Under the pieces are notes generated by a model. That model was given only the letters and a program-made list of their open reading frames with translations. It was not told the origin of the DNA and did not search any database. The position numbers and the translations under genes were made by a program. DNA of 62,653 nucleotides, counting the filler, from Barthelona sp. PAP020 (Eukaryota): NCBI GenBank assembly GCA_040182905.1. It is 14 parts of 14 records of this genome, joined end to end, with 100 filler letters (N's around TTAATTAATTAA, not from the genome) between each part and the next. Parts side by side here need not be neighbours in the genome. Positions count along the whole stretch, not along the records: positions 40,725 to 45,049 come from JARQWU010000677.1; positions 45,150 to 49,463 come from JARQWU010000678.1; positions 49,564 to 53,869 come from JARQWU010000679.1; positions 53,970 to 58,269 come from JARQWU010000680.1; 10 more parts are not named here. One strand, written 5' to 3'. Shown here one piece after another: positions 42,908 through 54,830 of this stretch. Every line of letters starts with the position of its first letter. Positions within the stretch are counted from its first letter, which is position 1.

Positions 42908-43726
42908 CTATTCAACATCCTCAAAATTCAATGAAACAACAGTATTTGGATCAAATTCATGATTTCCAATGGATGATGGATACAAACCATGGTGGTCAAC
43001 ACAAAATTCACTCAAAGAATAAACACAAACCCACTCAACACAGTGCAAAAAAATAAATAATTGCAAAAGGTTAACAACTACATCGTTGACATGAATAACA
43101 TCGAATCTATCTTCCATCAAGTAGATCAGAGAAGATAAAACACCCAAAACACTAACCCACAAAAGATTCTTCAAAAAACGAATCATGAACCTTTGATTCA
43201 AAGGAATAAGGTTTTTGCAAGCCAAAACATATGTTATACTTATTGATAAGTGAAAAACATTTGTAACTAAATGGGAAACAATGAAATTTCTAAAAAAAAT
43301 AATAAATTTCGAAGAATCGTAGTGATGTACATGTTCTTTCGAATAATCAGTAATAATTAAAACATAAAATAAAGCTGATTTAATCAATGTTAAAAATAAA
43401 AAAGGTAACTTTTTGGTATTTCTTATTATAACAGAACAAACAACAAAAGAGAGACAAAAATTTGACAATTCACCAAAAATTGGGGAGATTAAGATGGAAA
43501 TCCCAAAAATATTAAAATTCGATCGTTTGGAAGTAAAAGCGGCGAAAGCATTTCCAATATTCATAATTATAACAAAATAATATCCATAAATCAACCATAT
43601 TCTGGCAGATTGAAAAGATCTTAAATTCCTCCTTCTAATCCATCGTATTATAAATATATATATAATTATTGATATTATTGATGTTCCTAGAGTAATTATA
43701 TCCGAATCTCTAAGATTTATATCCAT
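42908..43726 (-). CDS. Hypothetical multi-pass (about 7 TM) membrane protein
   Basis: Repeated hydrophobic segments. The start is uncertain (43726 or 43795). Confidence 0.65.
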   Translation of the reverse strand: MDINLRDSDIITLGTSIISIIIYIFIIRWIRRRNLRSFQSARIWLIYGYYFVIIMNIGNAFAAFTSKRSNFNIFGISILISPIFGELSNFCLSFVVCSVIIRNTKKLPFLFLTLIKSALFYVLIITDYSKEHVHHYDSSKFIIFFRNFIVSHLVTNVFHLSISITYVLACKNLIPLNQRFMIRFLKNLLWVSVLGVLSSLIYLMEDRFDVIHVNDVVVNLLQLFIFLHCVEWVCVYSLSEFCVDHHGLYPSSIGNHEFDPNTVVSLNFEDVE

Positions 43727-44136
43727 AAATATCCAATAAGAAAATAGGTATGTTATCTTTTCTTTTTTTAAAGATTTTATCTTCATTTGTTGCATATCAT
43801 TTGAGGTATTGATAAAAATCTTTCAAAAAGCAACAACAATTTGTCGAGGAATATTCCTTCCTTTTTTGTTCACATATCAACGTTTGTTTTTTTTTATTTC
43901 ATTTGTTTTGTTTCAATCAAAGATCATATTATAAAAATTTTACATTTCAAAACAATTAAATGTTATCAATTCTAAAAATTTTTCATTGTTGTGTCTTTTT
44001 GACAATAAATTTGTTTCAGATTAACAACTATTAAGTCCCAACAAAAATTGTACTTGTTTTTTATTTGCAAATTTTGCTTTTAAAGTGTGGCGCTTCAATT
44101 TATTTTTTCAAAAAAAAATATTTTTTTTTCAATTAT

Positions 44137-45049
44137 ATGTCAACCAAGTTACGTACTGGTGGTCTTATTCCTCCAATGAAAAAATTTAAACCCCCAATTG
44201 GTTTAAAATCTGTTGCACCTGCTGGAGTTAGTAGTGCTCCTTCCAGCTCTCCTCCACGATTGATCAAACGAAAAGCAAATACTGTTTCTTGCTTAGCTAA
44301 AGCTACTATTCCTGAAAAAGATAAATTGAGAGATTGTTTCAAATCAGTTGATGCTGATAATTCAAGTGTCATTTCCAATGCTCAATTCAGAAATATTTTA
44401 CATTCAAACCTTGATTTAGATGCGCATTCCATTGATCGTGCTGTTAATTTGGCTTCTATTGGGGGTCCAAATGTCGATAGTGTTGATTATGAAAAATTCT
44501 TAACTTTAATGGAAAATACCAACACCAAAACAATTCCTGAACAATTAAAACCTGTTAAATTGAAAATGAACCACACCAACTTGTATCAGGATTCCTTTGA
44601 ATTGAATAATCAAGAACAAGAGATTTTGAACCGTTGGAAGATGCACAATGACTCACGAGATGTATCTGTCAGTGAATTATATCAAAATCTAGATTTGAAT
44701 AATTATGCTGTTTTGACAAAAGAGCAGTTGATTGAAGGAATTGCCAAAGATGTTGGTGTATGGAACGAAGTTGAATCTGAGGCTATTGTTTCTTTGGTTG
44801 ATAAAATTGCTGATGATAATGGGGAGATCTCCGTCAAATCTTTATCCAGGGCTATGGATAATATCTCTCCAGTTTCACCTGTTCACATGGAAAAATTACA
44901 GCAACTTCCTTTCACACAACCTGAGGTAGTTGTTGATAAAAACAAACAGCAAGATCCTTGGAATACAGATAGAATTAGAGCTTTGAATGCCAGACATAGT
45001 TATGGAGGTCTTGGAGATGATCTTCTTGAAGCTTCTCAAAATAATGCCG
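44137..45049 (+). CDS. EF-hand protein, 3'-truncated
   Basis: EF-hand-like loops FKSVDADNSSVIS, VDYEKF, LDLNNYAVLTKEQL and DDNGEIS. Confidence 0.7.
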
Positions 45050-45149
45050 NNNNNNNNNNNNNNNNNNNNNNNNNNNNNNNNNNNNNNNNNNNNTTAATTA
45101 ATTAANNNNNNNNNNNNNNNNNNNNNNNNNNNNNNNNNNNNNNNNNNNN

Positions 45150-45530
45150 TATCCATTCCTATTTTTTTGTATTTTTGCAAAAGCAAAATTTTAAAGTTTA
45201 AACTTTACCTCAGAAAATCTAAAGTTTTTCAACAGATCAATCGGGCCTCGAAAGCCTTTAAACAAACAAACACATTTCTTTTTTATTCACTCATACGCAC
45301 AGTGCTTCTTGGCTTGGAAATAATCAGTCAAAATCCCCGGGGAATTGGGAGGTTGAAATGTAATTTTAACGATCAAGTGAGGGAATTTTGGAACAATTCT
45401 TCTTTCCCTTTTTTTTGTATTTTTACCAAAGTAAAATTTAAAAGTTTAAACTTTATTTCAGAAAATCTATAGTTTTTCAACAGATCAATCTGCTCTCGAA
45501 AGCCATTAACCAAATAGACACAATTTTTTC
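45150..45530 (-). repeat. Repeat family B: partial copy (45150-45323) and an adjacent diverged copy (about 45405-45530)
   Basis: Reverse complement of the B 5' half, present twice. Confidence 0.85.
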
Positions 45531-45859
45531 CTGTTCAAAGCCACAGATACGTTTTTTTGACCTTCAAACAAACTTTGATTCCGAATCAAAAGAAATTGAA
45601 AATGATAATGGTAAAAATGATGTTACTTTTATTTATTTCCATTGAAGATTGGTGTCCAATCCATGTCAAAAGATTATCAATGCAAATGAAATGAAAGATG
45701 TGATTCTCCAAAGTATCAATTTTGTTTGCAGTTGTAACTACAATCATCCAATTTTATTGGAGTGAGGAAATGACAAAAGTTACTTCAAAAACAAAAAAGT
45801 TCAAATTTACAAAAAAACAAAAATTAAACAAAAAACACAAGCACAAATTCCTGTGAAAA

Positions 45860-48181
45860 TCAATTTGAAGGAGAAAGATTTGATTCTTTCTTCAGCGAAT
45901 CTTTGGCGAATCTTAAAAAAACGTCCTCCAAGGTGCTTTGAGATAATTGCCAATTGCTGATATTAAGTTGATGTTTCACCTTGTTAAAATATTTGAAAAT
46001 TTCTGACAACTTAATGAATTTTTTGGCAATATGACATTCAAGCACACGTGCATTAATTTCCAGTAAATCACGATTTAATTGCAAATCCACACATATCCTT
46101 GATATTTGATCTTCAGTGGGTTCACAATGAAACAAAACAATCAAAGTATATCCCTCACCAAATCTATTAATTAGATGTTGCGGTGTTCCAATACACTGTA
46201 ACTTTCCTCCACTGATAATAGCAACTCTTGTGGATAACTCAGCAGCTTCTTGCATGGAATGAGTAGTTAATAATATTGAATGAGATCTTTTCAGTTTATG
46301 GATAATGTTCCACAAATATCTTCTGGATGTGGGATCAAAACCAGCAGTACATTCATCCAAAATTAACAATTTCGGTGAACCAACAATGGCACTTAAAACC
46401 ATAAGTTTTCTTTTTTGAGCACCAGATAATCCTTCAGCTCTTTGATCAAGAATATCCACAACATTCAATAATTCAGCAGTTCTATTAATTTCTTCTTGAA
46501 TTTTATCTCCAAAAAGGCCTCTCATCATACAGAAAAACTTGATATGTTCTTCAACAGTCAAATAACTATTATAAATATTCTCTTGAGGACAAAATCCAAT
46601 TTCGTTGGAAACTTTTGAAGGATTGGTTTCATTCAATACCTGAAAAGAACCTCCAGTTGGTCTATACACACCTAAGAGAGTTCTGATAGTGGTTGTTTTT
46701 CCTCCACCATTTGGACCTAATAAACCAAAGACTTCACCATATCTAACACCAATCGTCAATTGATCAACAGCTTTTAAATGCCCAAATTTTTTGGTTAATT
46801 TATTTGTAAATAAAGCGTTCTTTTGAGGATTATTAACAATGAATTCAATTTCTTTAAAAATATCAGCATCAGTTGCAATTGGAATTTCATGAGAATTATC
46901 ATATTTTATCATCAGTTTATGATTGATGTAATTGATTAAAAGAGGAGAATATTCAATAATAATCAAAACTAATATAAAAGCAAAAGGAAAAAGAAGCATT
47001 GTCCAAAATTCTGTGGCAAATCTGTCAAAAAATAATTGAACATCAAAAGATGTGGTAATTGTTGATAAATAAATAACAAACAAATTAATGGGAGGAAATT
47101 GAAAAAGAAATGCAATGATTTGTCCCAAAAAAGATTCTCGATCTATTACTACAAAAATGATTGAAGAAAATATAAAACCACCAAAGAAAGAAAACAATGC
47201 AACAATGTTTGAACCAGTTGAAGCGGTCTTGGGATCTGTGAAAACAAATGAACAAATACTAGAAAAGGTAACGAATGTAAGTGTTACAGCAAATAACATG
47301 ATCAAATGAATACCTAAAGGCAGATTGTTAAATAAAAAAATCGAACTAGATTCAGTAAGGCATGATAATTGTCCTGGAATAAAAAAAATCATCATTATCA
47401 CAAAAAAATGGGAAAAATCAACAACAAATACACCTATCCAATAATTTCTATGAGTTAAACCACAAGACAAAAAATGATTTTTCAATGGCTTTTCCCCAAC
47501 TAAATTCGTGCAAAATTGACTGAAATTACCAAAAAATAGCATAAAAACAAGGAGAACAATTATCGGTAACAGTAATATAAACATGTAATCCTTGGTACAA
47601 CTAAGAACAGGAAGATTTCTACATCTGTATGATTTAGGTAGTATAAAACCAGTAATATTAAAATTAATATGTTTTGCTAAACCTTGACGAAATAAACTCC
47701 AAACATCCCAAATTTTATCAGTACTTTCACTAAATATGCTAAAGTTCAAATTGTTTGAATTAATAGAATTCCCTATCCCTTCAAAAATAAAAGGAGGATA
47801 GTAATTGTCACTCACATTAAGAATTTTCGCTTTATCAAAATATGGTCCTTCAAAATTCAAATTAGAACCAATTTCTTTCGATTTTATTACAGTTTCATTG
47901 AACAGTTTTATTTCTTCAGTTGTCATACTATCTTTCTTGTATCCAAATACAATAGGATTATTAATATTTTCAAAAGATGCAGTTTTATCATAAAAACCAA
48001 TCGGACCACAATCACTTTCAACATTATTAGCCTTCCAAACGAAAATTACTCCACATAATATTATTAAAACGGGTAAAATCAAAGAATTCCTTACAACTCC
48101 CTTTTCGCGTTTCTTTGATGTATATCTTTGGTATATAATTGCCAAAATTTGGGAAAGTGATGGATTTTGAAATTCTTTCAT
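45860..48181 (-). CDS. ABCA-subfamily half-size transporter
   Basis: One TMD and one NBD: GLLGPNGGGKTT, IGFCPQ, LSGAQKRKL, LILDE, LLTTHSMQEA and C-terminal TLEDVF. Confidence 0.93.
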   Translation of the reverse strand: MKEFQNPSLSQILAIIYQRYTSKKREKGVVRNSLILPVLIILCGVIFVWKANNVESDCGPIGFYDKTASFENINNPIVFGYKKDSMTTEEIKLFNETVIKSKEIGSNLNFEGPYFDKAKILNVSDNYYPPFIFEGIGNSINSNNLNFSIFSESTDKIWDVWSLFRQGLAKHINFNITGFILPKSYRCRNLPVLSCTKDYMFILLLPIIVLLVFMLFFGNFSQFCTNLVGEKPLKNHFLSCGLTHRNYWIGVFVVDFSHFFVIMMIFFIPGQLSCLTESSSIFLFNNLPLGIHLIMLFAVTLTFVTFSSICSFVFTDPKTASTGSNIVALFSFFGGFIFSSIIFVVIDRESFLGQIIAFLFQFPPINLFVIYLSTITTSFDVQLFFDRFATEFWTMLLFPFAFILVLIIIEYSPLLINYINHKLMIKYDNSHEIPIATDADIFKEIEFIVNNPQKNALFTNKLTKKFGHLKAVDQLTIGVRYGEVFGLLGPNGGGKTTTIRTLLGVYRPTGGSFQVLNETNPSKVSNEIGFCPQENIYNSYLTVEEHIKFFCMMRGLFGDKIQEEINRTAELLNVVDILDQRAEGLSGAQKRKLMVLSAIVGSPKLLILDECTAGFDPTSRRYLWNIIHKLKRSHSILLTTHSMQEAAELSTRVAIISGGKLQCIGTPQHLINRFGEGYTLIVLFHCEPTEDQISRICVDLQLNRDLLEINARVLECHIAKKFIKLSEIFKYFNKVKHQLNISNWQLSQSTLEDVFLRFAKDSLKKESNLSPSN

Positions 48182-49060
48182 AATAGCAAATATGGAGAAA
48201 AAATGACGACAAGTCGTATAAACTTCAGAACAAAGTTAAATATTTCTGAACAATTGATAAAATTGAATGTGTTTTTTATTGCCAAGTTCAAAAGAATCGG
48301 AATGGAAGAAAAAAAAAAGATTTTCAACAAAGCTTAAAATTAAAAAAACAACAATATTTATTGGTAAAATCAGGATTGTTAGTCCTTTCAAACATTTTAC
48401 CCATAATTTTAAACAAAAATTTAAAAAAAAAATTTGAAGTCAATTTTAACTGTGTTAAACTGACACAAAGTTTTCAACAAATATCAATCACAAAATTCAG
48501 TTTCAAAAAGAAGAATCAATCTGCAAAATAACAATTTTTATATTTTTCTTTAAAGTTGTTGAGAACAACAATTTGTTTCTGAATTTTACCTGCATTATAT
48601 AAAGTGTCAGAGTTTGTTTGGCTTTAAAGGAAAAAATCACAAATGTAAGGTTATACCAGATTGGTAGAGATTGTTCTTGTCCTTCAACGTGGAAATAAAT
48701 ATCAATTTTTATACTTATTGTTATTTTTTAATGAAAAATTGATGAATTTCCAATTTTGAAGAAAAAAACACATTGAGAATGTGAAATGTCTTTTGTTTTT
48801 TTTGCATCAACAAAGTCTTTTACTTTATGAACACAAAGAAAAACAACCCCACAAAACAAAACAAAAATTGACCTTGAGAAACAGAAAGGAATTCTTTTTC
48901 AGAACAACCTTTTTATTCCGAAAGTTTTCCAATTTCAGTTTATACTTTTCACTGCTGGCACTACTAAAAAATAAACACAAAAAAAAATTTATATTCTGTT
49001 TTGAATCAGCAAAACAACACCATAAAACAGAGAAAAAAATGACTTTTTTTCCAAAAATAA

Positions 49061-49463
49061 TTATTCCTCAGAAGTTTCAGATTCTTCCTTCAATTCTGTT
49101 TCTTCAACAACAATTTCTTGGTCAGCTTCTTCTTCAATTTCTTGAACTTCCTCTTCTTCTTCTTCCTCATTTGTTTCTTGAATTTCTTCTTCTTCAACTT
49201 GTTCTTCTTGAACTTCATTTTCATCAGAATCTTCAACTAACTTGTTTTCTTCAGCATCAATATCAACTTCAATAGCTTCATCATCATTTTCAGGTGCTAA
49301 AGCTTCTTCTTGCATTTCTTGTTCTTTCTTTTTACTTTCTGAAACAATATGAGAAGGATCAACATCCTTATCAGTGAGAGGATAGATCCAAAGAGCAAGA
49401 ACTAATTCAATCAATAAGGCGACACTCATTGTATAAATAACAGGATAATATTGTCTTTCGACA
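49061..49463 (-). CDS. 3' end of a membrane protein with a Glu-rich tail, partial
   Basis: A hydrophobic segment followed by poly-Glu. The frame is open from the contig end. Confidence 0.65.
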
Positions 49464-49563
49464 NNNNNNNNNNNNNNNNNNNNNNNNNNNNNNNNNNNNN
49501 NNNNNNNTTAATTAATTAANNNNNNNNNNNNNNNNNNNNNNNNNNNNNNNNNNNNNNNNNNNN

Positions 49564-49648
49564 AAGAGGTATTGTAACTCAAAAAGTCGATGCCAAAAAG
49601 ATAAAATTCATGTCCAAAAAGCAAATGCGAAATATCATTGCTGTTTAA
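49564..49648 (+). CDS. 3' end of a possible Cgr1/CCDC86-like protein, partial
   Basis: RGIVTQKVDAKKIKFMSKKQMRNIIAV* resembles the CCDC86 motif KLKRxKKKQLRxI. Confidence 0.4.
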
Positions 49649-50030
49649 TTTTTGAGGTTTAAAGTTAGTCTGTTTCTGTAGTCTGTTTGAGTTTATAAAG
49701 AAATAAATAGAAATAATTCCAATTTTTTATTGAACGTTTGTTAAAGTTTTATTTGGAGAAGCTAGTACTTTGAATACTTTTAAAAGAATAAAAGATTTGA
49801 AACAAAAAAAAAATTTAGAAAAAATCTTTAAACATCAAAAACAATTTTGAATACCAATGTAAAAATCAAAGGAGATATTCACAAAGAACAAAAAGGTTTC
49901 AAAGGCAAAAAACAAAAAAAAAAACAAAAGTTAAAAATTTGGGAAAAAAAAAAATTTTTTCTTCCTTCTTCCTTTTTGACCTTAAAAGGTTTCGTTTTCC
50001 AATTAATTTGCGACTAACAATAGATTTACA

Positions 50031-50381
50031 ATGTCTGATACCAAAAAGACTGGTTCTACAGAAAAAATGAACAAGGTTCGTTTTGTCCTTGCTTCTCGTG
50101 ATGTTGATGCTCTTAACCGTGTTGAAAATGTTTTAATTAAAAACGCTAAGGAACGTCAAGTTCGTATGCTTCGTGGACCTAAGCGTATGCCCATCAAGAA
50201 TCTTTCCATCACTACCATGAAAACTCCTTGTGGTGAAGGTTCTACTACTTGGGATAAATTCCAACTTAGAATTCACAAACATATCATTGATATGAGTGCA
50301 CCCATGTCTTTAATTAAATCTCTTCAAAGAGTTGATTTTGAACCTTCTGTTCGTATGAATGTTTTATTACAAGAAGAATAA
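50031..50381 (+). CDS. RPS20: 40S ribosomal protein S20 (uS10)
   Basis: GPKRMPIK.L.ITT.KTPCGEGSTTWDKFQLRIHKHIID. Confidence 0.97.
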   Translation: MSDTKKTGSTEKMNKVRFVLASRDVDALNRVENVLIKNAKERQVRMLRGPKRMPIKNLSITTMKTPCGEGSTTWDKFQLRIHKHIIDMSAPMSLIKSLQRVDFEPSVRMNVLLQEE

Positions 50382-50636
50382 TAATTTTTATATACACCAT
50401 ACTTCGGAGTTCTATTAATTAGGCAACGTTAAATAAAGGTTAAACCCTACTTCAAAAAAGAATTTTTTTTTTACATGTGAAACATACAGACCAATAATAT
50501 TAGGAAGTCAAATGAAGACAACTAACACAACAAAAAGAGGAAAAAGAAAACAAGCTTTAAGTGTCCTTTTCAAAAAAAAAAAAAATTTTCATACAGCTTT
50601 ACAAACACATTCACAAAATACAAAAAAATAAAATGA

Positions 50637-51896
50637 TCAGGTAAAATTCAAATTATCAAGAAGGATCTTCTCTTCTTTTGAAAGTTTCAAACCGTTTTGT
50701 ACCAAATCATTCATTTGATGAATTGACAACAAATCCATTTTCAAATCAAAGAGTTTCTTCAAAATATGCACATTTTCTTCACTTTTTTTAATCAAATTTT
50801 CCTCCATTTGATAAAAATTTACAGCAAATTCATGAATGAAATCTTTGATAGGAGAATTATAATTGTATTTATCGAAGCACGCTTCCACTTCAAAAACCTT
50901 CAAGTCAAAGTTATCAAACTCATTACAACCGCCTGCTACATAAATATTTTCAGAGTTTTCATCGAAGTAAATGCTAAATATACCATCCATATCGACAGTA
51001 GTCAATTGAACAATTTCTTTTTCAAAAATGTTCAACACGAAAAGGGTTCCATCCAAATCACCACTGAGTATGTACGAATCACCAAAAGTGCTTAATGCGG
51101 TTGATGCAAAAGAATACTCAACAAAAATTTCCAAATCAAAAACCTCATTATATCGCCATACTACAGTTCTTTCATCAAAACCCCCAGTTACAACTGTGTG
51201 TAAATTTGGAAAAAAGCAAATCGAACGAATTGACTGTGAATGTGCTTGAATTCGTTTTTTGAGTTTCAATTCATACTCATCAATAAGAAGTAACTCTCCG
51301 TTATGGCATCCAACCCAAAATATTCCTTGAACGAGAAAAAATTTTGTAACGGTTTCAATATTAGAGAAGTGTGCTTGATTTAATATGTTTTCGTTGACAA
51401 AATCGTATTTTATTATGTAATTATTGTTACAAAAACAATAAATAACATTTGAATCAGTTTTTGAAGATTGAAAAAATTGAATCTTTTCTTTTAAACTAAT
51501 TTCTTTGAAAAAATCCCATTTAGTTGTTTCAAATAACAATATTGTCCCATTATTTCCATTTGTTCCAAACGTTATTTCATCACATGATAAATCTATTGTA
51601 TCAATCTTAGAAACGTTATACATCTCAATCAAATTTAATGCTTTTGATAAATGATGGTTCGTATCCCAAATTCCAACATCATAATCGGTTGCAAAAACCA
51701 TTTGTTCTTTTCTTGACAATTTTATAGCATGAAGAATTTCACTTTCGAACAAAGATAATGTGGCTATATGACCTTTTCGCACGGATTTGGGAAAAGTAAT
51801 GCGTTTTAATGCCAAATTTTCAATAAAAGAATCATATTGTTGATTTTTTAACATTGTTGTCAAGTTATTTAAAACAACATAATCATTTTGCATCAT
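50637..51896 (-). CDS. WD40 protein with a divergent, shortened version of the shared C-terminal domain
   Basis: WD40 repeat AHSQSIRSICFFP..VVTGGFDERTVVW. C-terminus LIKKSEENVHILKKLFDLKMD...LVQNGLKLSKEE. Confidence 0.8.
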   Translation of the reverse strand: MMQNDYVVLNNLTTMLKNQQYDSFIENLALKRITFPKSVRKGHIATLSLFESEILHAIKLSRKEQMVFATDYDVGIWDTNHHLSKALNLIEMYNVSKIDTIDLSCDEITFGTNGNNGTILLFETTKWDFFKEISLKEKIQFFQSSKTDSNVIYCFCNNNYIIKYDFVNENILNQAHFSNIETVTKFFLVQGIFWVGCHNGELLLIDEYELKLKKRIQAHSQSIRSICFFPNLHTVVTGGFDERTVVWRYNEVFDLEIFVEYSFASTALSTFGDSYILSGDLDGTLFVLNIFEKEIVQLTTVDMDGIFSIYFDENSENIYVAGGCNEFDNFDLKVFEVEACFDKYNYNSPIKDFIHEFAVNFYQMEENLIKKSEENVHILKKLFDLKMDLLSIHQMNDLVQNGLKLSKEEKILLDNLNFT

Positions 51897-51959
51897 CTAT
51901 ATTGATATAAAACAAAAAAAGTGACTAAAAGAAGAAAAAGAATCTTACAAATTCTTTTT

Positions 51960-52874
51960 ATGTCTGAATCCGAAAATTGGTCTTTGGAAATTGCAGAAAA
52001 TATTGAATTAAACGGGATTAATCAACCAAATGAATTATCTGACGAAACAAATCACAATAAATATGTCGCAAATTCTTCATACGATTTTGATAATACTGTA
52101 TCTACATTAGCAACAGATAATGAGAATATAAAGTCATCAATAGATGATCAATATGTATCTGCTCCAATAATTGGAAATTTAAATAGTCACCAAAAGAATA
52201 GTCCTTCTCCAAAAAAAACAGCACCTGCCATAGTTTCTTCTAGTCCATTAAACTCGACTGGATTAGAATCGAATATTAAAGATTTGACAAGAATTGTCCA
52301 GTGTCCCAAAAAATACAAACATCGTGTGTTTAAAAGTATTTTACCTGAAGTTTCAAAACCTGAAAAGAAACCTAAAGTTCCACGTTTCAGACACATGATT
52401 GATTCTGGTGAGCTTGTTGCAATGACCGAAGAAAATGAACATCTTTTGGAACCTGCAAAACATGTTGAATCCCCAAGGGCAGTTGATTTGTTGCCAACGC
52501 TTACAATAAAGAAAGAGTTTGCTCGACAACGTGCAATAAGTCACAGAGAACTTATTGAAAATGATATTCCAGACCCTATCTCACCAACACGTTTCATTAG
52601 CACTCATCGAGAAGTTATCAATAAATTGAATAATCCTGGGCCTATGCATTATCATAGTGAAATTGATCTGTTGAAAGCTATTCCAACTAACATGAAATCC
52701 GAGCGTGTCAAAGGTGGATGTATTTCGATTGCGAAAGAAAAACGTTTTACTTGGAATATTAAGATGACACAAGGATCCAATAAATTCTATGATATTCCTT
52801 CGTCATTTGCGAAAGCTGCAAAGGTCAGGATTCCCAAGTATTATAGTTCATCAAGTTCAAAAATAAAAAAATAA
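51960..52874 (+). CDS. Hypothetical protein with a PGPxxY (SHIPPO-like) motif
   Basis: ORF of about 304 aa containing NPGPMHY and FYDIPSSF. Confidence 0.6.
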   Translation: MSESENWSLEIAENIELNGINQPNELSDETNHNKYVANSSYDFDNTVSTLATDNENIKSSIDDQYVSAPIIGNLNSHQKNSPSPKKTAPAIVSSSPLNSTGLESNIKDLTRIVQCPKKYKHRVFKSILPEVSKPEKKPKVPRFRHMIDSGELVAMTEENEHLLEPAKHVESPRAVDLLPTLTIKKEFARQRAISHRELIENDIPDPISPTRFISTHREVINKLNNPGPMHYHSEIDLLKAIPTNMKSERVKGGCISIAKEKRFTWNIKMTQGSNKFYDIPSSFAKAAKVRIPKYYSSSSSKIKK

Positions 52875-53078
52875 AAAACTTCTAATAGCAAATATTAGCT
52901 TTGAATTGAAGGAATGCTTTTTATGTAAAGAATTAATCAACAGTTTTTTATTGTTCACAGTGATGTTTAAAGATCAATGAGTTTACAACATGCCTAAAAT
53001 CAATTAGAAACACAAATTAAAACCAATTGTAAAAAAGCTTTGAGTTTTTTTTAGTTTATTATATTGATTAATTTTCAG

Positions 53079-53618
53079 ATGCAAAACGGTATGGAAATGC
53101 AATATCAAAAGTTAGTTGATAGGCAACATCAAATTAATGAAATATTCAAGTCCCTTGTTCCAAATTCCAATTTTGATCTTTCGACTCCTGATTTTAAAGT
53201 TAGAAATGAAAACCAGATGTTATCGACTTATAATAGTAAAATTCATGACAGTAATTACAAGAAATTTGATCAAATTTTAGAAAAACAAAGAGAAAGAATT
53301 ACAAATGATTTCATTACTCGTCTGAATATTGAAAAAAATAAATTTTCAAATGAAATATCTGATTTAAAACGAATTAATGAAGAATTAAATTTGCAAATAA
53401 CAGCTTTGAGAAATGAGAGAAAATTGGGCAAAGATTTAGCCGATGAAATTAATCAATCATATATAGAAATACCAGAAACTAAAAAAATAGATGAGAAGAT
53501 ATTTGAATCTTTGAAGGAATTTCCTGTTGCTCCAGATATTTCCAGTTTTTTAGTTGATTTTGAAGATTTTGAAGATTTTCAAATTTCTGATAACGAAAAT
53601 GAAAATGAAAGCGTGTAA
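53079..53618 (+). CDS. Hypothetical coiled-coil protein
   Basis: ORF of about 180 aa with heptads and an acidic end. The 5' structure is uncertain. Confidence 0.6.
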   Translation: MQNGMEMQYQKLVDRQHQINEIFKSLVPNSNFDLSTPDFKVRNENQMLSTYNSKIHDSNYKKFDQILEKQRERITNDFITRLNIEKNKFSNEISDLKRINEELNLQITALRNERKLGKDLADEINQSYIEIPETKKIDEKIFESLKEFPVAPDISSFLVDFEDFEDFQISDNENENESV

Positions 53619-53787
53619 CGCTTGTTAGCAAAACCAATTTAGTAGCCTTTTTTTTTTTATTTTTTATTTTTTATTTTTTTTTTTTGAGGTGTAGGTATTC
53701 TCCGATGATATAAATTGTAATTTTTTCTTGTTTGCAAATAGCTTCCAACTTTTATCAAATTTGAACATTCTTGGTATCAATGGGAAT

Positions 53788-53869
53788 TTATTTCCAAGCC
53801 AAGAAGCACTGTGCGTATGAGTGAATAAGAAAGAATAGTGTTTATTTGGTTAAAGGCTTTCGAGGCCCG
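53788..53869 (+). repeat. Repeat family B, 5' part at a contig end
   Basis: ttatttccaagccaagaagcactgtgcgtatgagtgaataag...gaggcccg. Confidence 0.9.
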
Positions 53870-53969
53870 NNNNNNNNNNNNNNNNNNNNNNNNNNNNNNN
53901 NNNNNNNNNNNNNTTAATTAATTAANNNNNNNNNNNNNNNNNNNNNNNNNNNNNNNNNNNNNNNNNNNN

Positions 53970-54471
53970 GATTCTTAGTGATCCTAATCTGGTTCAAAAA
54001 TATAAATGGACTGTGGGAAAAAAAGAATCTTTATTGATGTTGAGATCGAAATTGAATGAGGCTTTTATTGACAAGTTACCACCATTACAGGATGTTCGTC
54101 AGTTTTTAGACCAGTTATCAATCACTAATTTGCCTTCAAATGATACTTCATCATCGCTCATCATAATGGAAGAGGCAGAATTGAAACAGAAGATTGAATA
54201 TAATGTAGATTGGAGTGATATGAAGGTTATATTTATCAACAATTTGAAGGATTCCAATAATACTGATTATCTAAAGGATGTGATTGATTTATATTCCAAA
54301 GAGGCTGTGATTGACACACTAAGTAATCCCAAATGTTCAAATTGTGGTCAGTCTGCTTCAATGCGTTGTGCCAGATGCAAGTCTGTTTGGTATTGTTCAA
54401 GAGAATGTCAATTGGAAGATTGGCCTAAACACAAGAAAGTTTGTAAAAAACTCAGCAAGACGAAGAAATAA
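53970..54471 (+). CDS. ZMYND10: ZMYND10 (axonemal dynein assembly factor), 3' part
   Basis: [29 protein letters not shown], then a MYND finger [35 protein letters not shown]. Confidence 0.85.
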
Positions 54472-54830
54472 AAATGGGTATATATTTATCGTTTGTTTTT
54501 ACTTTTGTTAAATTTCATAAAATATGCATAAATTCTTTATTCATCTGATTTAGCTTTTTATTATGACAATTAAATGTGAAAAAAAATAAAGGTCTTCCAA
54601 GAAAAGAAAAATCAATTCCTTTTCAAAACCTTTGATTCCTCTTTGCTCTTTATTATCAGAGTTTATAAACACAACGATGCAAATAAAAAAAGATTTCAAA
54701 AGGAAGAATGGTTTTCATACGAAGATTTGAAGACAGAACCTTTTTTATAGGTTAAACTTTTTTAATAACAGTGGGGACTAAAAGCGGACCGTATCTATTA
54801 AACGAGGATAACTTAACGAATCATTTGTTA

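Noticed and set aside
52977..53078. Upstream exon and intron for the 53079 gene (TTTTCAG before the ATG)
   Set aside because: I found no donor giving a stop-free in-frame join.
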